Virus record (IMG/VR): IMGVR_UViG_3300028887_000066
Span: 1-64,000 of that record
DNA length: 64,000 nt
Origin: a virus
Lineage: Duplodnaviria; Heunggongvirae; Uroviricota; Caudoviricetes
Reading direction: 5' to 3' (one strand)
Part shown: in pieces, positions 51,901 through 59,274 of the stretch
Position numbering within the stretch: position 1 is the first letter of the stretch
How the letters are laid out: each line of letters begins with the position of its first letter
Program-made: the position numbers and the translations under genes
The notes under the pieces: model-generated
Databases searched by the model: none
Seen by the model: only the letters and a program-made list of their open reading frames with translations
What the model was told of the DNA's origin: nothing

Positions 51901-52574
51901 TTCATTCTTTCAGTTAGTCTTACACCTTCTTCTAATTTTTTATTCTGATAAGCCAATTCTTTATTTATGGCCTGTGTCAATTTATGTTCTTCAGCTCGTA
52001 ATGTCTTGATTTCAAGCATTTTAGACATCCTATCTTCCTCTAAAGAATCTATAGTATGTCCTTCACCCTTGATTTCATCAATTATATCACGGATTTTTTC
52101 AAGTTCTTTTCTTTCACCCTCAAGTTTTTCCTTTTCAGCATCTAATTTTGCCGCCTTTTCATCAAGACGTGCTAACTCGTTTCTTGCTCTTTGTTCTGCA
52201 ATGTCATCACCATTCATTATGGCATCATTTAATGCCCTCTGAGCGTCTAGAATCTGATTTGATATATCGTTTCTTTCATTGTCTTTATCATACAATTCGT
52301 CATATTTATCAGATAATTTGTCGTATAAATCGTTTTCTTGCTGAAGAAACTCTAACCTCTTTGAAATTTGATCGTATTCTTTTTCGGCATCACTAATATC
52401 GGCATCCATATCAGCTTTTTCTTGGCTGAACATGGGTGTCGTACCTAAATCACCTACATAACCATGTATAGACGCTAATTTATCTACAGATTCACTGAAT
52501 GATGAAAATATTTTTCTTAATTCTTGTATATCGCTATTTTCAAGCACGAGATTACCATTACTATCTCTTTTCAT
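48954..52574 (-). CDS. Tail tape measure protein
   Basis: 1206 aa with a long helical/coiled-coil region, a Gly/Ala-rich hydrophobic segment (GMMFGPWGALAGAVIGGAIGG) and the FKEGGVVNGIGTETSDSNLALLSKNEYIV motif. It follows the chaperone pair. Confidence 0.85.
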   Translation of the reverse strand: MKRDSNGNLVLENSDIQELRKIFSSFSESVDKLASIHGYVGDLGTTPMFSQEKADMDADISDAEKEYDQISKRLEFLQQENDLYDKLSDKYDELYDKDNERNDISNQILDAQRALNDAIMNGDDIAEQRARNELARLDEKAAKLDAEKEKLEGERKELEKIRDIIDEIKGEGHTIDSLEEDRMSKMLEIKTLRAEEHKLTQAINKELAYQNKKLEEGVRLTERMNHYLDQRVMNTARFTNGISEIKKGFTEILGIVKDINKPWGDLDQQAADYAKHIGLSQRQFERMRGDILRFATSNNIEGKYNVNAKELIQLQERYNATIGRRTDMTKDELETMAAMKTMVGDEAANQFATSLENFGLNPDEVGERVGEMFKEANKEGVSFEKYSKNFLNNIKLAQNYTFERGLHSLKEMAKRSTEIKLDMQQVARFADKVSTLEGAMKSGAQLSVLGGSFNQFSDPLRMLYYGLNDIQGLEKNLEGMFGNMAKFNKDTGQLEVSAFNRQRIRAAAEATGMDYTGLMESIFAQGRRKVIEPTVSGKGWSEEQKNAVLNLAQLDERGNAYVNLNGVKRDVSTLTQEDVNVLTKTSIKDSDNIKTITQTLLGYNEKMEAIQKARDDQMARLSEITGIGNFIKGTLGVIAGYAATLAVINFGVRSIQALLATGGMLNGGYNAMTSFGKKGAVQMSPNPAMPRGDAVGGRINVGGGSRGYAVNAANVAAARGGGQFRQFRAAYNASRYQGGSGRIGAFGNAMRASGMGMGVGMLASVGAGIGGDMLRSNASQHMDRGDFSGAVRNRYVGGSILEGAGMGAGMGMMFGPWGALAGAVIGGAIGGFKASSNFKDQKYRNEILNKSGGALALRGDYTNSELKSIANGGKAVIAGNNELARKIYEQEGLSLADIPPFKEGGVVNGIGTETSDSNLALLSKNEYIVPADKVKVPENFKILESMRDGGRLVPHFIEDDSAIVDIHNGNNTSQIFDSTSNTISNVSITNRNQHIDQTTKPTPRYKNGGLNRQNVNSNITSYFNRNVGGNYNIPSFRQSDVVNNITVTPRGNENNDQHVNGNLPAIPKFRDGGLNNPVAKPVITGQIPVNQRFMENPFIPSFRQSDVVNNITVTPRGNEMNITHVDQPFNAVGVNREDIGPSRVDISPINVTGTIKLDLGAYSKEIDAKKLLDNPLFIEKITNEVMKKFNVKTHMSYDKNSHYKKF
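49217..49479. repeat. Perfect 65-bp direct repeat (49217-49281 and 49415-49479) in the tape measure 3' region
   Basis: Two identical copies 198 nt apart, each encoding IPSFRQSDVVNNITVTPRGNE. Confidence 0.92.
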
Positions 52575-52593
52575 TTAGATGCTATAATTTTCC

Positions 52594-52601
52594 TATAAAT
52601 A
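52594..52601 (-). promoter_or_regulatory. Putative phage late promoter TATTTATA (tape measure)
   Basis: Lies between the terminator and the tape measure ATG. Confidence 0.7.
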
Positions 52602-52610
52602 GTCTCAAAT

Positions 52611-52640
52611 AAAAAACCCGCTATCAATTAGCGGGCTTTA
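52611..52640 (-). terminator. Intrinsic terminator before the tape measure promoter
   Basis: cccgcta-tcaat-tagcggg hairpin followed by T6 on the minus strand. Confidence 0.7.
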
Positions 52641-52659
52641 TCTTGTCAATAAGACAATA

Positions 52660-52944
52660 CTATTGGTTAAACACACCATTTTCTGCCTTTTTCTGTTCCA
52701 ATGATGCATACCTGTTCAATGCCTCTCCACTCATTTCCGATGTCCTTCCGTTTCCTGAAGAATCATTGTCCCTAAGTCTTTGCTGTTCCAAGTTATGCCT
52801 TTGAATCCAAATTTTCCTTTCCCTTACAGGCATATTCATTACGGTTTCATATGGTATTTTAATGTAGTTTACACAACCCCATATTTCCTCCCAGAATGCT
52901 TCCTCGTAGTTATCAGGCAATATTGAGAAAAATAAATTGGTCAA
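52660..52944 (-). CDS. Tail assembly chaperone, downstream (gpT-like) part; probably expressed by frameshift
   Basis: Has only a TTG start inside the upstream gene. WEEIW...IPYETVMNMPVRERKIWI resembles the gpT/E'-type motif. It immediately precedes the tape measure gene. Confidence 0.65.
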   Translation of the reverse strand: MTNLFFSILPDNYEEAFWEEIWGCVNYIKIPYETVMNMPVRERKIWIQRHNLEQQRLRDNDSSGNGRTSEMSGEALNRYASLEQKKAENGVFNQ

Positions 52945-54391
52945 GTGTGAGAAACATGGTAAGCGAGCCTCCTCCGATACTCGCAGGTTTCTCTACAGTA
53001 ACATTAAAGTCGATTCCAGGCTCATTTTCCGTAATGTACTTCCTTAATGCGGAAGAATCCTTTACGTTCATGAACATTACATACTCATCAATATATTTTC
53101 TGTCAGTAACATTATTAACAGATACGATAGAAGCTGATAGTTTGTTTGTAACGGAATGGCTAAACAATGCATCATCATCCGCATTTAACGATTCGGCATA
53201 TTCATTTATGGCTTTCGTGGCTTCAGTAAGCTTCACCCTCAACGCCCTGTCTGTCGTGTCATCGTTTTCAATAAATGACTTCAAATCCTCGTTAATATCG
53301 TTAAGCTTTGTCTTCTTGAGCTTTATATTCTCCTGCTCATCCAATTTTTCAAGTGCCTTGTTATCCTTATAGGAAAGGAATTTGAACTTAATTTTATCCT
53401 TGGAGAATGGCAATGTAAAACTGAAATGTCCGTTTGCATCGCCCTTCAGTTTGAATTTCTTGAATTTTATCTTCGTAAGATCAACTACGGTCTCAAATCT
53501 TTGCCCTGTCTCATTGTCAACGGCAGAAACAGGGTATTCAGGCCCATATCCGCTTGCACGCAACCAAAGTATGATAGCATCCCTGTCGCCTGGCAACAAA
53601 TCATCAGAATTGATAGCGTCTGTCATTATCTTCGTCTTCAACATATAATCCAAAAATGTACCGTCTTTGTAAAGGTTTGGTGATACAATCAAATTCTCAT
53701 CATAGGCTGTAAGATAAGCTACTGGTATCTTTGACATTTTGTTCTTATATGCTTCTCCCTTTGACGGCAATGGAATTACATCGTATTTGATATTATTGCC
53801 CTTTGCTTTCGTGACATCTATCTGTATAGTTGAATAATCTGTCTCTTTTTCGTCGTTTTCAGGCTCTTCAGGCTCATTTTCATCATTGGATGTGGAATTC
53901 TCCTCATCGGGTACTATTTGAGGCTCACTGCCATCGAAAACAGGAAAACCATCATCAGGAATTGACGGATTCTCTACTTCTGTCTTAGGCTCACCCTCCA
54001 ATTCTTCTTCCGTGATACCTTTTTGTTCAAGAATCTCTTGTCGTCTCAGTTCCTTTTTCAATATCTCCTCAAGTAACTTTTTCCTATCCGCACTTCCCTT
54101 TTTCCGTTTATTCTTGATACTCTCCTTCAATTCTTCTTCAGTACCACCAAGGAGAAGATATTTCTTCACAATGTCGCCTTCCATATTTTCAATAAGCCTC
54201 ATTGTGTCTACAAGACTTTTATCCGAATACTTTCTCTTTCCGTTTTTGTCAACGGCGGTCTTCCTTACTTTCTCCGTTTCTTGTTTTGTTTGTTCATACA
54301 TGGCATAAGAGGCTCTGAGCAACGCCTTTTCGCTTTCGGCTTCCTCAGGACTTAATCCAAGATTATTAACATTAGTGCTGTTTTTAGCCAT
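52913..54391 (-). CDS. Tail assembly chaperone / T4 gp26-like protein with a charged N-terminal extension
   Basis: Motifs YDVIPLPSKGEAY, VAYLTAYDENLI, GDRDAIILWLRASGYGPEY and DSSALRKYITENEPGIDF. Confidence 0.7.
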   Translation of the reverse strand: MAKNSTNVNNLGLSPEEAESEKALLRASYAMYEQTKQETEKVRKTAVDKNGKRKYSDKSLVDTMRLIENMEGDIVKKYLLLGGTEEELKESIKNKRKKGSADRKKLLEEILKKELRRQEILEQKGITEEELEGEPKTEVENPSIPDDGFPVFDGSEPQIVPDEENSTSNDENEPEEPENDEKETDYSTIQIDVTKAKGNNIKYDVIPLPSKGEAYKNKMSKIPVAYLTAYDENLIVSPNLYKDGTFLDYMLKTKIMTDAINSDDLLPGDRDAIILWLRASGYGPEYPVSAVDNETGQRFETVVDLTKIKFKKFKLKGDANGHFSFTLPFSKDKIKFKFLSYKDNKALEKLDEQENIKLKKTKLNDINEDLKSFIENDDTTDRALRVKLTEATKAINEYAESLNADDDALFSHSVTNKLSASIVSVNNVTDRKYIDEYVMFMNVKDSSALRKYITENEPGIDFNVTVEKPASIGGGSLTMFLTLDQFIFLNIA

Positions 54392-54408
54392 ATTCCAATA
54401 TTTTTATT

Positions 54409-54972
54409 TTACAAACTTATTCTTTCTATCAATGTGGCAAAATAGAACGGTGCATTCTCCACCTTGTACATACCGAACATCTTGCATCCGTGTATCATGT
54501 ATTTTATATTGTCCATTACAAGGTACATATCCCTCTTCGGTAAATGTTTTATCTTTGTCCTATTGTCTATCTCTTTATCGTTTAGGAGTTTATTGCTGTC
54601 ATCAAGCCAAAATTTCAATTCAGACTCACAATCTGAATCTATCGTGTTCGGATTGATGTTTATCCTCATTATGGACATCTTTCCGCTTTCCACAATATTA
54701 TCAATCCATTCACCACTAATATCATTTCCGTCGGAATCTGTGATAAAACATTCGCATTCACTTACCTTAATATTCTGCCTTACATCATGAGCAACGTAGT
54801 TATCATCATAGCTTCTGCGTGAATACATATTGGAAATGACGGTATCATTTCCCTTTTCATACATTTCCTCCTCATCATTCGAGCCAAAACGTCCTATGAT
54901 ATTCCTTTCAAAGTTTTCATCATATTTCAGTTCTCCCATATCGATAATGGGAATAAGTATCTTACATAACAT
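54409..54972 (-). CDS. Hypothetical protein
   Basis: 187 aa, co-oriented with neighbours. The true start may be the later Met (MGELKY). Confidence 0.6.
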   Translation of the reverse strand: MLCKILIPIIDMGELKYDENFERNIIGRFGSNDEEEMYEKGNDTVISNMYSRRSYDDNYVAHDVRQNIKVSECECFITDSDGNDISGEWIDNIVESGKMSIMRININPNTIDSDCESELKFWLDDSNKLLNDKEIDNRTKIKHLPKRDMYLVMDNIKYMIHGCKMFGMYKVENAPFYFATLIERISL

Positions 54973-54977
54973 CTCTA

Positions 54978-55526
54978 TTAATGCCTTTGTTTTTTCTTAT
55001 CTTTCTTTTCCTTGTCTTCCCTTGCCCGTCCTAACTTTTCCTTTAACATCTTCATCACCGATTCAGGATGACCATTTATGTCATGTTCCCAAATCCTTAT
55101 CAATGGTATCCCGTTCATCAGACACCATCTTGTTTTTTCTTTATCTACCCTGTGATTCCGTTTTTGGGTCGGGTTCATTTCCTCATAAATAAGCCCGTAT
55201 GCGTGCCAATAGTCACCATCGATTTCAAGGGCAAGATTCTCATTCGGACAATAAAAATCAAGGTATCGTCCTATAGATGCCATTCTGAACTGATAAATGT
55301 ACTCCACACCAAGTTTGTCAAGAAAATTCTTTGCAAATCTCACCTCAAGTTCGGATGTGCCGTATTCTGGATGCTCCTTATCCTTCTTCTGCTGAACCAC
55401 GGTGCTTTTCCTAACCTTCAATAAACGGTCATCTTTCACCCTATTAGGGTTAACGGGATTGTTTTTGTTTACTTTTTTAGGTTTTTTCTTGTGTTCCTTT
55501 ACTCCTTTTCTTATCGGTTGTGCCAT
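54978..55526 (-). CDS. DUF559 / Vsr-like PD-(D/E)XK endonuclease with a basic N-terminus
   Basis: TSELE...YIYQF...YLDFYCP...LALEIDGDYWH...DKEK...GIPLIRIWEHDI. Confidence 0.85.
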   Translation of the reverse strand: MAQPIRKGVKEHKKKPKKVNKNNPVNPNRVKDDRLLKVRKSTVVQQKKDKEHPEYGTSELEVRFAKNFLDKLGVEYIYQFRMASIGRYLDFYCPNENLALEIDGDYWHAYGLIYEEMNPTQKRNHRVDKEKTRWCLMNGIPLIRIWEHDINGHPESVMKMLKEKLGRAREDKEKKDKKKQRH

Positions 55527-55674
55527 AGAATAACCTGTCCATTGCTTCTTCCTCTTCTGAGGCTTTCCTTATTATTTCGTCCCTTTCATTGATCAATGAT
55601 TGGTATCCTGCACATTTTTCATCCATTGTTGAAAGCACATTTTCCACCAAATTCAACTGTTCTGCCCTATTCAT
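55477..55674 (-). CDS. Small hypothetical coiled-coil protein
   Basis: 65 aa, overlapping the start of the DUF559 gene. Confidence 0.5.
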   Translation of the reverse strand: MNRAEQLNLVENVLSTMDEKCAGYQSLINERDEIIRKASEEEEAMDRLFYGTTDKKRSKGTQEKT

Positions 55675-55700
55675 AGTTATATTTTACTGTTATTAAAATT

Positions 55701-55820
55701 TAGGCAATTACGTACTTTTTGACCCCAAAAGGTCTAAAGATTTACCGTGTTGACGTTTCATAGGGAGGCTCAATGCCTTTACCCTCACCGTCCTTGCGCC
55801 CACTTGCCTATGGGCTGTTA
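55701..55820 (-). ncRNA. Structured RNA resembling an IS200/IS605 TnpB omega (right-end) RNA scaffold, with no adjacent tnpB
   Basis: On the minus strand: hairpin GCCCA-UAGGCAAG-UGGGC; a GACG...GAAA-CGUC stem enclosing the hairpin AGGG-UAA-AGGC-AUUGA-GCCU-CCCU; a third hairpin GACC/GGUC; and a 3' UUGCCUA complementary to the first loop (7-bp pseudoknot). Confidence 0.6.
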
Positions 55821-55872
55821 TTTTTCTTACATTTTGTAACTATAGGTCTAATAGTATATAGTTATTAAAAAT

Positions 55873-56211
55873 TTATTTCATATATTTAGTAAAGAACGGA
55901 TTGTCTTTCATTGTTTCTATTAGCATTTCCTCATCCTTGCAATATTGCTCGAATAATATTGCATCGGACGGTGATAGCCTGAACCACTCTCCTATTCCGC
56001 GTTTCTGTGCAAACCTGTTATGCAGTTTTCTTTCAATGAAAAACGGGTATTTGGTATAGTATTTTTTGTACAGGTATATTTCACCGCAGTTTCCCGTCTG
56101 TAGTTTTTTTATCCTTTCAGACACGTCACCACGTGTAACACCTATCTTATACATTCCGTCATTCAGAAAATCCTTCAGCAGATATACGAAACCGCCAACT
56201 TTTGACTTCAT
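55873..56211 (-). CDS. GIY-YIG superfamily nuclease (T5orf172 / MUG113-like)
   Basis: GFVYLL...MYKIGVT...ERIKKLQTGN...IERKLHNRF...GEWF. The start is likely the ATG at 56211 rather than 56277. Confidence 0.85.
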   Translation of the reverse strand: MKSKVGGFVYLLKDFLNDGMYKIGVTRGDVSERIKKLQTGNCGEIYLYKKYYTKYPFFIERKLHNRFAQKRGIGEWFRLSPSDAILFEQYCKDEEMLIETMKDNPFFTKYMK

Positions 56212-56278
56212 AGCACTATTTATATAAAGAATAGGTGAATTTCTTTTATAGTAAATAAAAAGAAGTTGACTTTTCATG

Positions 56279-56286
56279 TATTTATA
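56279..56286 (+). promoter_or_regulatory. Putative phage late promoter TATTTATA
   Basis: Upstream of the plus-strand gene at 56335. The motif orientation follows the gene strand. Confidence 0.65.
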
Positions 56287-56334
56287 TCTATATTACAATA
56301 AAAAGACGATAAAACAAATTCAATTCAATAGGAT

Positions 56335-56733
56335 ATGAAGAAGGATTTTACAAGTGATTTCCATGAGATTACGGAAATGACAAACAAGATACGCTCGATA
56401 AATGAGACTATAGCATTCGGAGATTCATACTGTGAGGAAGATGATAAATTCGCCGCAGACAATGCCCAATTTGAAATGGGTGATGACGAAGAGACCGCAG
56501 GGCAAGCAGACCTCGCAAAGATGCAGCAGCCTGAGGAAGAGAAAACTGATGAGGAAAAGGCAATGGAAACAGAAGGTGGTGCAAATGCCGTCAATCAAAT
56601 CCGTGAAATTGCATTGAAAGGCATGATTGCTCTCTGCAATACTCCAGAAGAACCTTTATATCAAGTCCTCAAGAAGGTTTTCACTATGATAGACAAGGCC
56701 GTTGACAAGAGCGACGAAGAACAGCCTAAGTAA
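56335..56733 (+). CDS. Acidic hypothetical protein (probably late/virion)
   Basis: 132 aa with TATTTATA upstream (56279-56286) and a terminator downstream. Confidence 0.75.
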   Translation: MKKDFTSDFHEITEMTNKIRSINETIAFGDSYCEEDDKFAADNAQFEMGDDEETAGQADLAKMQQPEEEKTDEEKAMETEGGANAVNQIREIALKGMIALCNTPEEPLYQVLKKVFTMIDKAVDKSDEEQPK

Positions 56734-56760
56734 TAGAATATATATGCAAATAAACTAAAA

Positions 56761-56792
56761 AATGGCACTCATGTTCATTCACGAGTGCCATT
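56761..56792. terminator. Bidirectional terminator hairpin
   Basis: aatggcactc...gagtgccatt inverted repeat between convergent genes. Confidence 0.7.
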
Positions 56793-58445
56793 CTTGTATA
56801 CATATCTCAATAACCCACAGTCCCATATCTTACAATATCCCAATTTATCCGCCATCTGTGCCTCGGTCATTGACATAGGAAGCCCGTATCTGAAATTAAG
56901 ACCCTTTTTCCTGAAATTGAATTTATGTACTCTCTTAATTGGATTGTTCCTGTTTATGTATTTGTAGTCAGGTTTCAGCACACCATCCAATACAAACCCT
57001 AACTTGGTGTATATATTGTTTTCTTCATCCATCGTCCACCTTCTATCAGCAAACGACTTTACAATAAGCGGGCTTTTCTCCCTTAAAAAGTGCTTGAACA
57101 GTTTTCCACCCACACCACAGCATACGTACCTGTAGTCTGTTGCGAACCTGACCAATTCCCACTCCTCTTTTCTTTGGATGAAGCTCATAACACCTATCAG
57201 TTCATCATTGAAGTACGCCCCGTATGACACAGTACCCTTTCCATATCCCTGTATGTGGTATCTCTCAAGAAACTCCTGTGCTACCCATTTTTCTATTTCC
57301 CTTACTACGCACTTTCTTGCATATATTTTATCTTTAACTCCGTCTTTTCCTATAATATGAAGTATCTTATTGAACACGAGGTCTTTATCCTTATTGAATT
57401 CATCCTCGAATATATGAATTATCCTTACACCCTTCTTCAAAGCATCTTCAGTCTTCTCCAAGTGATATACCGAATCTTTTCCGAATTCCTCTGAATGCCA
57501 TTTCAGACCATTATACTCAATGCCTATCCTTAGTGACTTGATATATATGTCAATCTCCCTTCCATCCAATATTTCCCTGTCTCTCTTGACCACATCATCC
57601 TCTCCAAGATGCCATGTAAGAAAGTCATAGATTTCATTTTCGGCATTAGATAACACAACGGCACAATGCGGGCAACCATGTCCGTTCAATTGATCATATG
57701 GTCTCTGATAAAATACACCGTGTTTCGGACACACGATTTTCATTGGTTGCTTGAAATCTATGTAGTCCTCTTTATTATAAATGTATTTATCTCCTTGTGT
57801 TTTTTTAACCCTCTCAATAAATTCCTCAAATGTAACTTTATGTTTTTCACATCTTTTAATTATTCCACATTTAGGGCATCCTTGTTTCTTTGATAGGTGT
57901 TTACTTGGTGTCATCCAAAATTCACCGTGTATCGGACAAATGATACATACTTTTTCATGCATTTTATGGAATACAACTTTAGAATAGTCATACTTGTCAC
58001 CGTGTACTCTCTTGAACTCCTCTATTAAACTATCGGTTGTCCTATATTTTCCTTTACATTTAGGACATCCTTGTTTTTGACAATTAACATGGGCTGATGG
58101 TGTCATCCAAAATTCACCATGTTCAGGACAGATGATACACACCTTAGTCATTTGATTTACGTATTCTACTTTAGAATAGTCATATTTATCTCCGTGTATC
58201 TTTCGTGCCTTCTCAATAAACTGTTCAAGGGTGTCTCTTAACCCCCTTTTTAAATTTGCGCATTTTGGGCAGTTATAACCTCTTACATGTGCGGCAGGCT
58301 CTTGCCAAAACTCACCATGTTCAGGACATATTATTCTCATTTTAACCGATGATTTTACATATGTATTTTCATCATATCGGTATTTATCTCCATGTACCTT
58401 TCTTGCTTTTTCTAAAAAAGCTTCAAAACCCGTCTTTTTTGTCAT
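56775..58445 (-). CDS. Homing-endonuclease-like protein: four Zn-ribbon repeats, a PD-(D/E)XK nuclease domain and a C-terminal GNAT/Mom-like domain
   Basis: Four repeats of F.EK...HGDKYDYS...IICP.HG.F...P..H...GCP.C. Nuclease motif EIDIYI...IGIEYNGLKWH...IHIFEDE. C-terminal ELVRFA...GGKLF...SFADRRW...IYTKLGF. Confidence 0.8.
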   Translation of the reverse strand: MTKKTGFEAFLEKARKVHGDKYRYDENTYVKSSVKMRIICPEHGEFWQEPAAHVRGYNCPKCANLKRGLRDTLEQFIEKARKIHGDKYDYSKVEYVNQMTKVCIICPEHGEFWMTPSAHVNCQKQGCPKCKGKYRTTDSLIEEFKRVHGDKYDYSKVVFHKMHEKVCIICPIHGEFWMTPSKHLSKKQGCPKCGIIKRCEKHKVTFEEFIERVKKTQGDKYIYNKEDYIDFKQPMKIVCPKHGVFYQRPYDQLNGHGCPHCAVVLSNAENEIYDFLTWHLGEDDVVKRDREILDGREIDIYIKSLRIGIEYNGLKWHSEEFGKDSVYHLEKTEDALKKGVRIIHIFEDEFNKDKDLVFNKILHIIGKDGVKDKIYARKCVVREIEKWVAQEFLERYHIQGYGKGTVSYGAYFNDELIGVMSFIQRKEEWELVRFATDYRYVCCGVGGKLFKHFLREKSPLIVKSFADRRWTMDEENNIYTKLGFVLDGVLKPDYKYINRNNPIKRVHKFNFRKKGLNFRYGLPMSMTEAQMADKLGYCKIWDCGLLRYVYKNGTRE

Positions 58446-58588
58446 TGTTTGAACTATTTTTAATCATTCCATAGTAAATATACAAAAAATTATTATTTTG
58501 GTAAGAAAAAAGACAAATACTTCTATTTATTATTAAGATTAAAGAAAAATCTGAGTAAAAATAATTAAATAAATAAAAATGTTACGCG

Positions 58589-59077
58589 ATGAGTGACCTT
58601 TTAATGAATATGCCGTTAAAGTTCGAACCGCTGAGAAAGAACCGATGGGTCGTGCGTTTTCCAAGCGACCTTGGTATCTCTGAGTGGATGCTTAAATCGG
58701 CAGCAAGACCAAAAATCAATCAGAACGAAAAGGAAATACAGTTCCTTAACACATCAACTTGGGTTGTTGGAAGATATACTTGGGATGCCATTAACCTTAC
58801 CTTCCGTGATCCGATAGCTCCGTCTGCTTCACAAGCTCTTATGGAGTGGATCCGTCTCGCATCCGAATCAGTTACTGGCCGTCAGGGCTATGCAGCTGGA
58901 TATAAGCGCGACCTTGAGCTTGAAATGCTCGACCCAGCAGGTGTGTGTATGCAGAAATGGGTGATGAAAAACTGCTTCATTACGTCATGTGACTTTGGTT
59001 CACTAGACTATGCCGACGATGAATTGGCAGACATCACGGCAACTGTTCGTATGGACTACGCAATTCTCGCATACTAA
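58589..59077 (+). CDS. Tail tube protein (T4 gp19-like)
   Basis: FEPLRKNRW, SAARPKI, GRYTWDAINLTFRD, AAGYKRDLELEMLDP...KWVMKNCF...FGSLDY...ITATVRMD. Confidence 0.9.
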   Translation: MSDLLMNMPLKFEPLRKNRWVVRFPSDLGISEWMLKSAARPKINQNEKEIQFLNTSTWVVGRYTWDAINLTFRDPIAPSASQALMEWIRLASESVTGRQGYAAGYKRDLELEMLDPAGVCMQKWVMKNCFITSCDFGSLDYADDELADITATVRMDYAILAY

Positions 59078-59102
59078 CAGACAACAGAAAACTCAAAAAA
59101 TT

Positions 59103-59148
59103 AATAGGGTGTTATTTGGCAGCAAAAACCAATAACACCCTATTTTTC
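59103..59148 (+). terminator. Terminator of the tail tube gene
   Basis: aatagggtgttatt...aataacaccctatt followed by a T-run. Confidence 0.8.
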
Positions 59149-59207
59149 TTATTTAAAATAAATGACACTATTTTTTATATGACTAACCGAAAAATTTGTA
59201 TACAAAC

Positions 59208-59240
59208 AAAAAATGGATGCTGAAAATAGCATCCATTTTC
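59208..59240 (-). terminator. Terminator of the tail sheath gene
   Basis: aaaatggatgct-gaaaat-agcatccatttt hairpin. Confidence 0.75.
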
Positions 59241-59274
59241 TTTATGTAATATTTTAATAAATATCTATAATTTA

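Noticed and set aside
55731-55753. TCAA at 55753-55750 as the element end, with guide CACGGTAAATCTTTAGACC
   Set aside because: The downstream sequence forms a hairpin and supplies the pseudoknot partner at 55707-55701, so the scaffold probably extends further. No match to this 19-mer was spotted elsewhere in the window.
55750-55800. Hammerhead ribozyme, suggested by GAAAC-GUC
   Set aside because: There is no CUGANGA core, and the fold fits a TnpB omega-RNA scaffold better.
57660-58420. Nucleotide repeats as a non-coding array
   Set aside because: They are explained by the four tandem Zn-ribbon protein repeats.
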